Positions 11,501 to 22,187 of a stretch of DNA of 64,000 nt are shown one piece after another; within the stretch, counting starts at the first letter, position 1; every line of letters starts with the position of its first letter. The notes beneath the pieces are model-generated. The model was given only the letters and a program-made list of their open reading frames with translations. It searched no databases and had not been told where the DNA came from. Source of the stretch: an uncultured delta proteobacterium (GTDB lineage Bacteria; Myxococcota_A; Polyangia; Polyangiales; JAFGIB01); contig CAVZVA010000008.1 in NCBI GenBank assembly GCA_963778655.1, positions 144,939-208,938 on the forward strand, given 5' to 3'. Position numbers and translations under genes: made by a program.

Positions 11501-11852
11501 CCGTTGTTCCGCGGGGTCTTGCGGCATCTCGGTGATCGGCGCGCGCTCGTGGTCGCGTGCGATGCTCAGAGCACGAGGTCGCGCGCGAGCTGCTTCGCGA
11601 CGCCCGAAGAGCGGCTCTGAGGGGCAGAGAGCCGGGCTCGGCTCTGCGAGTCGGATTTAACAACGCGCGGCTCTGAGCTTTACAGCCCTGTGCTTGCCGA
11701 CCGGCGACCGGTTGCTTCACAGGACGCACGTCGTTGATGTCGCTCGCGTTCTCGTCGTCGCGCGCGGGGCTCAGAGCACGCGGCGGGAATGGCTGGGCGA
11801 TGCCATGTGGTGGTTGCCAACGAAAATGGCTCTGGGGTTAGCAGCTGTGAAG

Positions 11853-12134
11853 CTAAGAGCGTTCGCCGGACGACGACTCAGGTGTGGCGGCCCGGTCGGG
11901 ATCTGTGTGCCGCGGCAGGGATCGAGCCTTCGGCAGGAGGCCACGCTTCCAACGATGCCGATACCGGTCCTCCACCTCCATGGCGACGACCCAACCGAGC
12001 GCGTAGAGCCCGAAGCCTGGAGCGAAGCCGTCGGGCCCGAGCCAGATGAGCATCGCGCACAACCCCACACAACCGAGGACGAAGATGCCGGCGCTTACGA
12101 GCTCGATCGGGTTCGTCCTTTCGAGATCCGGCAC
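11853..12134 (-). CDS. Small hypothetical membrane protein
   Basis: Two hydrophobic segments (IELVSAGIFVLGCVGLCAMLIW; FGLYALGWVV); start uncertain. Confidence 0.4.
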   Translation of the reverse strand: MPDLERTNPIELVSAGIFVLGCVGLCAMLIWLGPDGFAPGFGLYALGWVVAMEVEDRYRHRWKRGLLPKARSLPRHTDPDRAATPESSSGERS

Positions 12135-12302
12135 ACTCCCGGAGTCAGCAAGGATTGCGCCGAACTGGATAGCCACTTTGGTGCCTGATCTTAGGCCTTT
12201 TTCCGAGCCCGGCCGCGCGCGGCGCAATGCGGGGCGTCCCGAGGTCGTGCATCTTGCACGGACGCCGCGCAGCGGACCCGTGCAATCCCTTGCCTTTGGA
12301 CG

Positions 12303-12318
12303 CGGCCTGGAGCTTGCA
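12303..12318 (+). promoter_or_regulatory. Sigma-54 (-24/-12) promoter of the response regulator
   Basis: CGG-CCTGGAGCTT-GCA (GG-N10-GC); inverted repeat TTGCACGG-N16-CCGTGCAA at 12254-12285. Confidence 0.6.
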
Positions 12319-12351
12319 TCATCTGGGTGGCTGACGCTGAATAGGGGCTTG

Positions 12352-13700
12352 ATGGACTCTACACCGTTGCGCGCGCTAGTCGTGGACGACGAGCCGAACA
12401 TCCGCTCGACGCTCTCGGTGTGTCTCGAGTCGATCGGCTGCGAGGTTCATGCGGCCGCAGGGGCACGCGAAGCCCTGGCGGTAGTCGAGCGCCGTCCCTT
12501 CGACATCGTGTTTCTCGATGTGCGGCTCGGCCAAGCCGATGGGATGGCTCTGCTGCCGGAGCTCCTCCGGCTTTCTCCCCGCCTGGCGGTGGTGATGATC
12601 ACCGCGTACGCGAGCATCGAGAGCGCAGTACAGGCAGTGAAGGCGGGCGCCCAGGACTACCTGCCCAAGCCCTTCACTCCGGCGCAGATACGGCTGATCG
12701 TCGATCGATATCGGGAACGGGCCGCTCTCGAGAGTCGCGTGGCCGACCTGGAGGGAAGGCTCGCAGACACGTCGCCTCGAATCGTGATCGAGACCCACTC
12801 GAAATTGATGCAGCAGGCGATCGACACCATCACGCAAGCGGCCAGGGCTGACGCGGCGGTACTGCTTCGCGGGGAGAGCGGGACCGGAAAAGGCGTCCTC
12901 GCCCGCCTCCTGCACGAGCGAAGCGCCCGCGCCGCTCGGCGACTCGTGACGGTGAACTGCCCGACTTTGACCGATGAGCTGCTTGCGAGTGAGCTTTTCG
13001 GTCATGTGCGGGGAGCCTTCACTGGAGCGGTGCGAGATCAGCGCGGCAAGGTGGAAGACGCCGACGGCGGAACCCTGTTCTTGGATGAGATCGGTGAAAT
13101 CTCTCCGGCGCTTCAGACCAAGCTCTTGCGCTTCGTCCAGGATCGAGAATTCGAACGCGTCGGGGACACCCAGACGCGACGCGCCGACGTCCGCTTGGTT
13201 GCCGCCACCAACCGCGACCTCCAGGCAGACGTCGAGGCTGGACGCTTTCGTCTGGACCTTCTGTACCGGTTGAATGTGATCGAGGTAACGGTTCCCGCTC
13301 TGCGCGAACGCGGCGAGGATCTCGTCGCCCTGGCCCACCACTTCCTCTCTTTCGCGGCGCGGGATGTCGGCCGTCCCACACCGGCTTTGAGTCCGGAAGC
13401 GGACGCCGTCCTACTTGGTTACACGTGGCCCGGCAACGTGCGTGAGCTCAAGAACGAGATGGAGCGCGCCGTCGTCTTGTCGCCACGGGAGGTTCTTGGC
13501 CCCGAGAGCTTCTCCGACCGCGTGCGAGGAGGCGCCAGCCTGGTCCCCTCGGTCGGCGGCGACTTCACGCTCGGCCAGGTCGAAAAGGAGCACATGCTTC
13601 GGGTGTTGGCGCGGACAGCGACCCGGGAGGAGGCCGCACGTGTTCTCGGCATCGACCCATCAACCCTCTGGCGCCGGCTCAAGCGCTACGAAGAGGGTGG
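12352..13700 (+). CDS. Sigma-54-dependent response regulator (REC-AAA+-Fis HTH); true 3' end uncertain
   Basis: LVVDDE, GESGTGK, ELFGHVRGAFTGA, LFLDEIGE, WPGNVRELKN, AARVLGIDPSTLWRRLK; no in-frame stop right after the HTH. Confidence 0.88.
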
Positions 13701-15530
13701 CGAGGAGCCGGAATCCATCCGCCTGACGTTGCCCGTTGTCGTCCTTGGACTTCACGGGGATCGTGAACCAGAAGCGCGCTCCGCCGAGCGGGGAGGTATC
13801 GACGCCGACGGTTCCGCCGTGGGCTCGGACGATGTCCTCCACGATGCTGAGCCCGAGACCGCTTCCCTGCTTGCTCGTCCCTGGCACTCGAAAGAACTTC
13901 GCAAAGACGCGCTCGCGGAGCTCCTCCGGAACCCCCGGACCCGTGTCGTCAACGAAGATTCTCGTAGGGCCGCCGCCCGATTCGAAGCCAACCTCTACGC
14001 GCCCACCCTCGCCAGCATGAAGAATCGCGTTTTCGATCAGGTTGTCCAGCACCCGCTGGAGGCGCGATGGGTCCGCATCGATCGCGACCAAACTGTCGCC
14101 TGGAACGATCGCCAGGCCTTTTCCGGCTTGACGTGCCTGGGCCTCGTGGCGAGCAACGGCGTCCTTCATGAGATCTGCGACGTTGAGCTTGGACCGGGCG
14201 AGCCGCGCCGCACCGGATTCGAGCCGCGCCATCTCGAGCAGCTCTTCAACGACCGACTGCAGCCGTTCGCAATCTTGCCGTGCTGCGGCCAACAAGTCGC
14301 GTTGCCGGTCCGTCAAGGGTCCGGCGGCCTGTTCCAGACAAAGATGCACCGCCATGTGAAGCGACGTCAGCGGCGTTCGGAGCTCATGTGCCGCGGCGGC
14401 CACAAGGTCGCCGTGGAATCCCTCGAGCCGCCGACCTCGCGACACGTCACGCAACGCAACGGTAACACCCGAGAGTACTTCGCCCTTCGTACGGACGGGG
14501 GTTGCACTGGTTAGAAACCATTTGGGCATCGACCCCCCAGGCACCTCCACGGCAGCCTCGAGTGAGCCTGGCTCGTATGCTTCGCCCGAGTCCCGCACCG
14601 TCTCGAAGGCATTGCGCACCGCGTCCTGCAGAGGTTCAGGCAAAAGCTCGAGCTTCAGCTCCGCACCCACGAGCCGGGACGCGATCTCGTTGCTCGTGAT
14701 TGGTGTCCCGTCGAGATCGTACACGATGACCGCCTCGGCAAGGCTGTCCATCACCGACTCGAGGCGGTTGTTCGCGTCGAGGAGCTCGCCAATCGAGCTC
14801 TGCTGGTACTGCGCGAGGCGCTCCGCCATGCCATTGAAGGAGCTCGATAGGGATGCGATCTCGTCCTTCCCCGAGACTCGGATCCGAGCGTCGAAATCGC
14901 CGTCGGCAAGGCGTTGCACAGCCCGCTCGAGCACGCGCACCGGAGCTAGAATGCGGCGCAGCCACGCACCCGCGAGGAACACCGCGAGCAAGAACGCGAT
15001 CACTGCGCTTGTCGCGAGAGCCCCCCGACTCGCTCCGCTTCCCCGCGTGCAACGCTGCTCTTGCGTTGCATGGCCGTACGGTTCATCTCGAGGATCCGAG
15101 TGACGGCTTCGCGAAGAGCACGCGAACGCTCGCGATAGATCTGCAGTCCTTCCGTGGTCGCCACCCTATCCAGTCCGGCCCGATACGATTCCCACAGACG
15201 CCGAAGCTCTTCCGTCGACTCCTTTTCACCCTCCTCGGTGATGTTGCTCTCCTGAAGACGCAGCTCGCGATCGAACGACGCGAGTGGATCGGACAGCTCG
15301 CCACGTGAGATGGCCTCGCCGCGCAGGTTCGCGGAGATCACGTGCTGATCGATCGTGTCGATCGAATGCAGCATGCCGCGTCCAGCATCGAAGCTGCGGA
15401 AGTTTTCCTGAAGAATCTCGCCCGGCGCCGCGCCGAAGCGGACGGCTGCGTACAGCGAGCCAGCGGCAACCACCGCCAGCGCAAGGACCAACGGAAGCTG
15501 CGAGAGCAGCAGCTTGGCTCGCAAGCTCAC
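13660..15530 (-). CDS. Membrane HAMP/PAS histidine kinase (KdpD-associated), indel near 15020
   Basis: ORFs 15000-15530 and 13660-15003 join: two TMs, HAMP, AHELRTPL, NLIENA, DDTGPG, GSGLGL. Confidence 0.85.
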
Positions 15531-16687
15531 GTTTCCCGCTCCTCTGCGGATAGCAGGTGCAGATCGAAGCCGTGCGCTCGCCGCACCAGTCGCTGCGCAA
15601 CGGTCGCGCCGAAGATCTGTCGGTACCACGGCTGTTCGGTGACACCGATGATGATGTCGGTCACACCGTTGGCGCGTGCGAACTCCAGGATTCCGTCGAC
15701 GGGATCCTCCGCCTTGATGTGCTGTACGTCCGCACCTAGATCACGGGCCATCTGCTGGCCGTCGAAAAGATGCCGCTGTGTCGCCGCATCGATGCGCGTT
15801 GGATTCTCGCTCGGTGTTTCCACATAGAGTGCGTACCAGTGAACGTTGAGCCGACCTGCCATGCGGGAGGCCCGTCGCAAGAGCGAGCGCGTTCGCGGCG
15901 ACCTGGAGGACACGCAGACGACGATGCGGCCGCCGGTTGCTCGATGGGCCTCCTTCGGTGCGTGAGCGTCGTCGTTGCCATTGCCCTTTGACTGGGAACG
16001 CCCAATCGACTCGGCGACCTCGCGCAACGCAAGCTCGCGGAGTGCCTCGAGGTTCTCCACCTGAAAGAAGTGCCGGAGAGCCCAGTCGATGCGATCCTCG
16101 GGATAGACCTTCCCAGACTTGAGCCGCTCCAAAAGATCGTCGGGCGGCAGATCGATGTTCACGATCTGATCCGCACGACGCAGAAACGAGTCGGGCACCG
16201 TTTCGTGCACCGTAACGCCCGTCGCTTTCTTGACGATGTCGTTCAGGCTCTCGAGATGTTGGATGTTGAATGCGCAATAGACGTGGATGCCGGCGCGCAG
16301 GAGTTCGAGGATATCCTCGTAGCGCTTCTTATTCTTGCTTCCTGGAGCGTTGGTGTGCGCCGCTTCATCGATGAGTGCAATCTCCGGGGCTCGTTTCCTG
16401 ACCTCATCGACATCGAGCTCCTCGAGCTCGACCCCCCGGTACTCCACCTTGCGAAGAGGAACCTGCGGGAGACCGTGTGTCAGGGCCGCTGTGTCCTCGC
16501 GACCGTGGGTGTCGATGACTCCGACCACGACATTGACGCCGCGCTTCTTGAGCTGGTGCGCCTCCTGGAGCATTCGATAGGTCTTGCCGACGCCCGCCGC
16601 CGGACCGAGAAAGACCTTCAGCCGGCCCTGGCGAGAGCGGCGGACCAGCTCGAGGAATTCATCCGAACGGGCGTGAGACGGCGGCAT
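15527..16687 (-). CDS. kdpD: KdpD N-terminal sensor (KdpD + USP domains, no kinase)
   Basis: GRLKVFLGPAAGVGKTYRML, DEAAHTNAPGS, NIQHLESLND, ETVPD, LRELALR; C-terminal USP. Confidence 0.9.
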   Translation of the reverse strand: MPPSHARSDEFLELVRRSRQGRLKVFLGPAAGVGKTYRMLQEAHQLKKRGVNVVVGVIDTHGREDTAALTHGLPQVPLRKVEYRGVELEELDVDEVRKRAPEIALIDEAAHTNAPGSKNKKRYEDILELLRAGIHVYCAFNIQHLESLNDIVKKATGVTVHETVPDSFLRRADQIVNIDLPPDDLLERLKSGKVYPEDRIDWALRHFFQVENLEALRELALREVAESIGRSQSKGNGNDDAHAPKEAHRATGGRIVVCVSSRSPRTRSLLRRASRMAGRLNVHWYALYVETPSENPTRIDAATQRHLFDGQQMARDLGADVQHIKAEDPVDGILEFARANGVTDIIIGVTEQPWYRQIFGATVAQRLVRRAHGFDLHLLSAEERET

Positions 16688-16693
16688 TGGCGG

Positions 16694-17257
16694 TCAAGGT
16701 GCGGCCGAACCGAAGCTTCTGTCCAGGGCGAGGTTCGTCTCCAGCACGTTGATGAGAGGCGGTGACCAGGGGTTGGAAGCAGCATGCTGCCGAACGAGCT
16801 CCTCCACACGCGAGGCGGCAAGCCCGCGCGCGCCCGCGATGCGCGGCACCTGGTAGAGCGCGCCTTCTAGCGTGATGTGCGGGTCCATTCCCGATCCCGA
16901 TGCTGCGATGAGCTCGCCGGGGACCGGACGTTCGGCGGTCGCCGAGAGGAGCGTAACCGCGCCTGTTGCACGCTCGGTGAGTGCAGGATTGCTTGACGCG
17001 AGATTGCTTCCGCCGGTCGCGGCAGCGTTGTAGTCGACCGCCGACGGCCGCGACCAGAGGTACTCGGGTCGTGTGAATCCCTGAGCGATGAGGCTGCTTC
17101 CGATGACCTGCCCCGCATCATTGCGGATTAGACTACCTTGCGCGCGCTCCGGGACGACGAGCTGGCCGAAAGCCAGCGCCGCGAGAGGATAGAGCACAGC
17201 GCAGACGGCGAGGCTTGCCAGCCATGCTCGAACGCTGATGAAAAGATCCTTCAACAT
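16694..17257 (-). CDS. kdpC: K+-transporting ATPase subunit C
   Basis: GSSLIAQ, SRPSA, GGSNL, ASGSGMDPHI, YQVPRIA, INVLETNLALD. Confidence 0.95.
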   Translation of the reverse strand: MLKDLFISVRAWLASLAVCAVLYPLAALAFGQLVVPERAQGSLIRNDAGQVIGSSLIAQGFTRPEYLWSRPSAVDYNAAATGGSNLASSNPALTERATGAVTLLSATAERPVPGELIAASGSGMDPHITLEGALYQVPRIAGARGLAASRVEELVRQHAASNPWSPPLINVLETNLALDRSFGSAAP

Positions 17258-17269
17258 ATCCGAACCTTC

Positions 17270-19347
17270 CTAGGCCGCACCAATGGCCATGAGCAACAGG
17301 TCAATCGCCTTGATCCCGATGAACGGCAGCACGAGCCCGCCCAGGCCGTAGACGAGCAGATTTCGTTGCAGCAGCCGGTCGGCGCTTGCGGGGCGGTAGC
17401 GGACGCCCTTGAGCGCGACGGGGATGAGGGCGGGAATGATGATCGCATTGAAAATCACCGCCGAGAGAATCGCGCTGCGCGGTGAGGCAAGACCCATGAT
17501 GTTCAAAGCGGCGAGGCTTGGCATGGCGGCGACGAACAGCGCTGGAACGATGGCGAAATACTTGGCGACGTCGTTCGCGATCGAGAAGGTCGTCAGCGCC
17601 CCGCGGGTCATGAGGAGCTGCTTGCCGATCTCGACGACCTCGATGAGCTTGGTCGGGTCGCTGTCGAGGTCGACCATGTTGCCGGCCTCCTTGGCTGCCT
17701 GAGTTCCGGAGTTCATGGCGACACCGATGTCCGCCTGCGCGAGCGCCGGCGCATCGTTGGTGCCGTCACCCATCATGGCGATGAGCCGCCCGCCGCTCTG
17801 CTCCTTGCGGATGTATGCCAGCTTATCCTCGGGCGTCGCTTCTGCGATGAAGTCGTCGACGCCGGCTTCCTTGGCGATGGCCGCGGCCGTCAGAGGGTTG
17901 TCGCCGGTCACCATGACGATGCGCAGCCCCATTGCCCGGAGGCGTTCGAACCGCTGCTTGATGCCGGGTTTGAGGACGTCGGACAATGCGACGACACCGA
18001 GCGCGCGGTCGTTCTCTGCGACGACGAGCGGGGTACCACCCCCACGAGCGATGTCTTCGACCTTCGCTCGGACTTCGTCCGGAAGGCGGGAGCCCTGTTC
18101 CGTGAGCCAACGTTCGATGGCGTCGACGGCTCCTTTTCGAAGCCGGCGACCGTCCGGAAGATTCACTCCAGACACGCGCGTCTGCGCCGTAAACGGCACT
18201 GCCTCGGCGTCCTTGGGAAGGTCGAATGCGGCACCGCCAGCGCGTTCACGACACAGCTGAGTCAGCGACTTTCCCTCAGGAGTGTTGTCGGCCAGCGAGG
18301 CCAGCAACGCGGCCTGGGTGACGACGCTCGACGATACACCCTTGGCGGCAAACAGATCGGTGGCCCGCCGATTCCCCTCGGTGATCGTTCCAGTCTTGTC
18401 GAGGAGGACCGTGTCGATGTCACCAGCAAGCTCCACGGCTTTGCCGCTCTTGGCTAGCACGTTGGACTTGAGCGCGCGATCCATGCCCGCGAGCCCGATG
18501 GCGGCGAGCAGCCCACCGATGGTGGTGGGAATCAGGCAGACCAAGAGCGCGATCGCGGTCGAGAGGTCGATGCTCGCGCTGAAGAAGGACGCCATCGGCA
18601 GGAGCGAGACGGTCACCATGAGAAAGGCCAGTGTGAGCCCCGCCAGCGTGATCGTGAGCGCGATCTCGTTCGGCGTCTTCTGACGCTTGGCGCCCTCGAC
18701 CAGAGCGATCATCCGATCGAGGAAGGAGTCTCCCGGCTCCGCAGTGACCCGCACGACGATCTCATCGGACAAGACTCGTGTGCCGCCCGTGACACCGCTG
18801 CGATCCCCCCCGCTTCACGGACGACCGGAGCGGACTCTCCGGTGATCGCCGACTCGTCGATGCTGGCGATGCCTTCGATGATCTCGCCGTCCGCGGGTAC
18901 GGTTTCACCCGCGGACACGATCACGACGTCGCCGGGCTTGAGATCGGTCGAGGTGACCGTCTCGATGTGACCGTGCTCGTCGCGACGTCTCGCAGCCGTC
19001 GACTTGCGCGTTTCGCGAAGAGCTTGGGTCTGCGCCTTGCCGCGCGCCTCCGCCAACGACTCGGCGAAGTTCGCAAAGAGCACCGTGACCCACAAGATCG
19101 CGGCGACGGCGAACTGATAGCCAGCGCTCTCGTTCGACGATAGGAGCGCCGCGATCCCGGACAGCGTGCTCAGGGCGGCACCGAGCTCGGTGACGAACAT
19201 GACGGGGTTACGCACCATCCGCTGCGGAAGAAGCAAGGCGAACGCCTCGCGCAGCGCTGAGCGAACGAGTTCAGGTGCCAACAGTGGTGCTTTGCGGCTC
19301 GCCTTTCTCGTGGCGCTCGCAGAAGCAGAATGTGTTTCCGTGGTCAT
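17270..19347 (-). CDS. kdpB: K+-transporting P-type ATPase subunit B, indel in the C7 run near 18805-18811
   Basis: [41 protein letters not shown]. Confidence 0.93.
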
Positions 19348-19661
19348 CGCTTGCCTTCGTCTTCCTCGTCACCAAACAAGATTGCGCCGCGTTGGGGGAA
19401 AGAACCCAGCCGTTCTAGATTCTGCTGTGCGGGTTTGTAGGTCGGCTCGACCGCGATCCCGGCACGCAGGAAGTCCATCGCTTCGGGATGGTGCCCCTGG
19501 AGCTCCCGAACCACGGCGAGGATGTTGTAGGCGGCGGCGCGCTCTGGCTCGAGCGACAACGCCTGACGAGCGATCGCTTCGCCACGTTCCATCTGATGGG
19601 CGCGGATCTCTTCGCGCGCGTACTGAAGGAGCACATCATAGGTTTCATCGAGCCGCGTCAT
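19344..19661 (-). CDS. Small TPR protein inside the kdp operon
   Basis: ALSLEPERAAAYNILAVV...YKPAQQNL TPR pattern; ATGA overlap with kdpB. Confidence 0.7.
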   Translation of the reverse strand: MTRLDETYDVLLQYAREEIRAHQMERGEAIARQALSLEPERAAAYNILAVVRELQGHHPEAMDFLRAGIAVEPTYKPAQQNLERLGSFPQRGAILFGDEEDEGKR

Positions 19662-19670
19662 GATGTGCTC

Positions 19671-21339
19671 CTAGCGCGCTCCCGCCAGCGTCAGGTGCTC
19701 AGCGATGGGGCCGAGCACGGCAGCGGGCAGGAACAGCAGCGCACCGAGAAGCAGCACGCTTCCGAGTAGAAGGACCCCGAAGAGCGCCGAATCGGTACGG
19801 AAGGTACCGGCCGTCTCGGGCACGATCTTCTTCGCCGACAAGAAGCCAGCGATGGCGAGCGGGAGGATGATCGGCAGGTAGCGGCCGAGGAACATCCACA
19901 GACCCGTGGCGATGTTCCAGGGCACCGTGTTGTCGCCCAGCCCCTCGAACCCCGAGCCGTTGTTCGCCGCCGCGGAGCTGAACTCGTAGAGGATTTCGCT
20001 GAAGCCATGGCTGCCTGGGTTGGCAATGGTGCCGGCGCCCCAGGACGTTGCCGCGAAGACCGCCGTACCGCCGAGAATCAACAGCGGGTGCAAGAGAAGC
20101 GCGAGCGCAGCGAGCTTCATCTCCCGTGCTTCGATTTTTCGTCCGAGATACTCGGGCGTGCGCCCCACCATCAGTCCAGCGATGAACACCGCCACGACGA
20201 TGTAGAGGAACATGTTGATGAACCCGACGCCCACGCCGCCGAAAGTTACGTTGAGCCACATGCCGATGAGCGGCATGAGTCCCGCGAGCGGATTCAGGCT
20301 GTCGTGCATCGCCGATACCGAGCCGTTGCTGGTCGCGGTCGTGGACACCGCCCAGAACGCGCCGCCCGGCGTTCCGATACGCAGCTCCTTGCCTTCGAGG
20401 TTGCCAAGGCTTTGGTCTACGGGCAGGTTGGCGAACGCCGCGTTGGGCTGGGCGTCCATGAGAACCGAAGTCGTCGACATGGCGAGGAAGATCGCCGTCA
20501 TCACGCCGAACACGACGGCCGCGTGCTTGAGGCGCCCCGTCAGTCGACCGAACATCCATACGCTCGCCATCGGGATGAACACGAATTGCGAAGTTCTCAA
20601 TGAGGTTCGAGTAGAACGACGGGTTCTCGAATGGGTGGGTGCTGTTCGGACCAAAGTAGCCGCCACCGTTCGTCCCGAGCTGTTTGATGGTCACCATCGC
20701 CGCGACGGGACCTCGCGCGATGGTTTGCGCCGCGCCCTCGAGCGTGTGCGCAACCGCTGCGCCATCGAGCGTCATCGGCATGCCCATGAGAATCAACGCG
20801 AATGCAACGAGGACCGAGACCGGCAGCAGCACCAGCACCGTCGCCCGGGCCAGATCCCGGTAGAAGTTGCCGATTTCCTTCTTTGGCCCGAGCGCTCGCG
20901 CGATCGCCGCCAAGGCGCCGATGCCGGTGGCAGCCGAAACGAACTGCAGCCAGGCCATGCCGAAGATTTGCGAGAAGTAGCTCAGCGACTGCTCGCCCGA
21001 GTAGTGCTGGAGGTTCGTGTTCGTCGTGAACGACATCGCCGTGTTGAACGCAAGGCTCGGCTCGAGGCCACCCTTGCCGTCCGGGTTGAACGGCAGCCAG
21101 TGCTGAAACACCAGCACGAGGAAGACGAACCCAAACATCAACACATTGAAGACGATGAGCGAGAGGGAGTACCTCTTCCACGTCTGTGGCTCAAGCGACC
21201 CACGTCCGAGCACGCGCTCCAGGATGCGATCGAAGCGGTCGTTCGCGAACGGTCCAAGCGCCCAGCTCATGTAGCGACCGAACGGCCATGCAAGCAGGGC
21301 CGTGACCGCGAAGAGAAGGAGACCAAACGTGAGGTTCAT
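19671..21339 (-). CDS. kdpA: K+-transporting ATPase subunit A, indel near 20590
   Basis: SFTTNTNLQHYSGE, IKQLGTNGGG, SNGSV-AMHDS, GRTPEYLG, SAAANNGSGF. Confidence 0.93.
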
Positions 21340-21349
21340 GGGCGACGTC

Positions 21350-21430
21350 CTAGAACTTCTCCGGTCGCACGATCGCGACCAGCAGGTAGACAAAGGCAAA
21401 CGCCGAGACGATGGAGGCGAGAATCAGCAT
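21350..21430 (-). CDS. kdpF: KdpF peptide (26 aa)
   Basis: MLILASIVSAFAFVYLLVAIVRPEKF; YL...PEKF signature; GGAG RBS; directly upstream of kdpA. Confidence 0.9.
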   Translation of the reverse strand: MLILASIVSAFAFVYLLVAIVRPEKF

Positions 21431-21442
21431 GGGCTTCTCCGT

Positions 21443-21526
21443 TCAGATTCGGTCGAGCATGACGGTGAGTCCGTAGAGCCCGGCGAACGAGACAAGACCG
21501 AGAGCGAGGTAGGCGAGAATGAGCAT
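21443..21526 (-). CDS. 27-aa hydrophobic peptide upstream of kdpF
   Basis: MLILAYLALGLVSFAGLYGLTVMLDRI with GGAG RBS. Confidence 0.7.
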   Translation of the reverse strand: MLILAYLALGLVSFAGLYGLTVMLDRI

Positions 21527-21567
21527 CAGAACTCCTCCGTGCAAGGGCCGTGCCTCCCTTGCGGTGC

Positions 21568-21582
21568 GCTTGTCAGGTGCCA
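21568..21582 (-). promoter_or_regulatory. Sigma-54 promoter of the kdp operon
   Basis: TGG-CACCTGACAA-GC (TGGCAC, GG-N10-GC) about 40 nt before the first peptide ORF; -12 box imperfect. Confidence 0.55.
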
Positions 21583-21729
21583 TAAAAGCAGTGTAAGTTC
21601 TTGTTGTTACAAGCCATGTTTGCGTTCGTGTCCGTAGCTGCGTGCGCGAGCGCCGTGCAGCGTGCAAGCGGGTATCGACGAAACGATTGCGCGACGCCCG
21701 GCGGCCGGCGCGATCGGCGCGCGACAACT

Positions 21730-22155
21730 TCACGTGACTGCTCCCGACGATCGCAGACCGGCCTTGTCGGCGAAGTACTGAATCATCGCTCGTCGGGTGA
21801 CGATCCCGATGAACGCGTTGCGGCTGTCGACGACCGGCACGAAGTTCTGCTCCAGCGCGCGCGAGAAGAGCTCCTCCATCTCCGCGTCGATGCCGACGGC
21901 TCGTACGGCGACACGCAGCGGGAGCTCTTGAAGCAGAAGAGTCTGAATGTCCTCCAGCGATCGCCTCGGAGCGTCGGCGAGCTTGCGCAAGAGGTCGCCC
22001 TCGCTGAGGGTGCCGACGTAGTGTCCGCCTTCGTCGAGCAGCGGGACTGCGGTGTAGCCCGACCGCTGCATCGCGGCGAGGCATTGCCGCACGGTGTCCT
22101 TGATCGACAGCCAGACGACGTCGCTCTTGGGAGTGAGAAAGAAGGCGATATTCAT
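21730..22155 (-). CDS. Stand-alone CBS-pair protein (YkuL/DarB-like)
   Basis: MNIAFFLTPKSDV, GYTAVPLLD-GGHYVGTLSEGDLL, NFVPVVD---FIGIVTRR. Confidence 0.85.
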   Translation of the reverse strand: MNIAFFLTPKSDVVWLSIKDTVRQCLAAMQRSGYTAVPLLDEGGHYVGTLSEGDLLRKLADAPRRSLEDIQTLLLQELPLRVAVRAVGIDAEMEELFSRALEQNFVPVVDSRNAFIGIVTRRAMIQYFADKAGLRSSGAVT

Positions 22156-22187
22156 GGCCCGCACCGCTTGATGCCTCTGGACGTGGA

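Noticed and set aside
12046..14514. 822-aa extended sigma-54 regulator
   Set aside because: The part after the HTH is the antisense of the kinase; probably an indel or lost stop near 13700
18800..18815. Programmed frameshift or phase variation in kdpB
   Set aside because: Removing one base from the homopolymer restores [14 protein letters not shown]; no stimulatory signal; fits sequencing error
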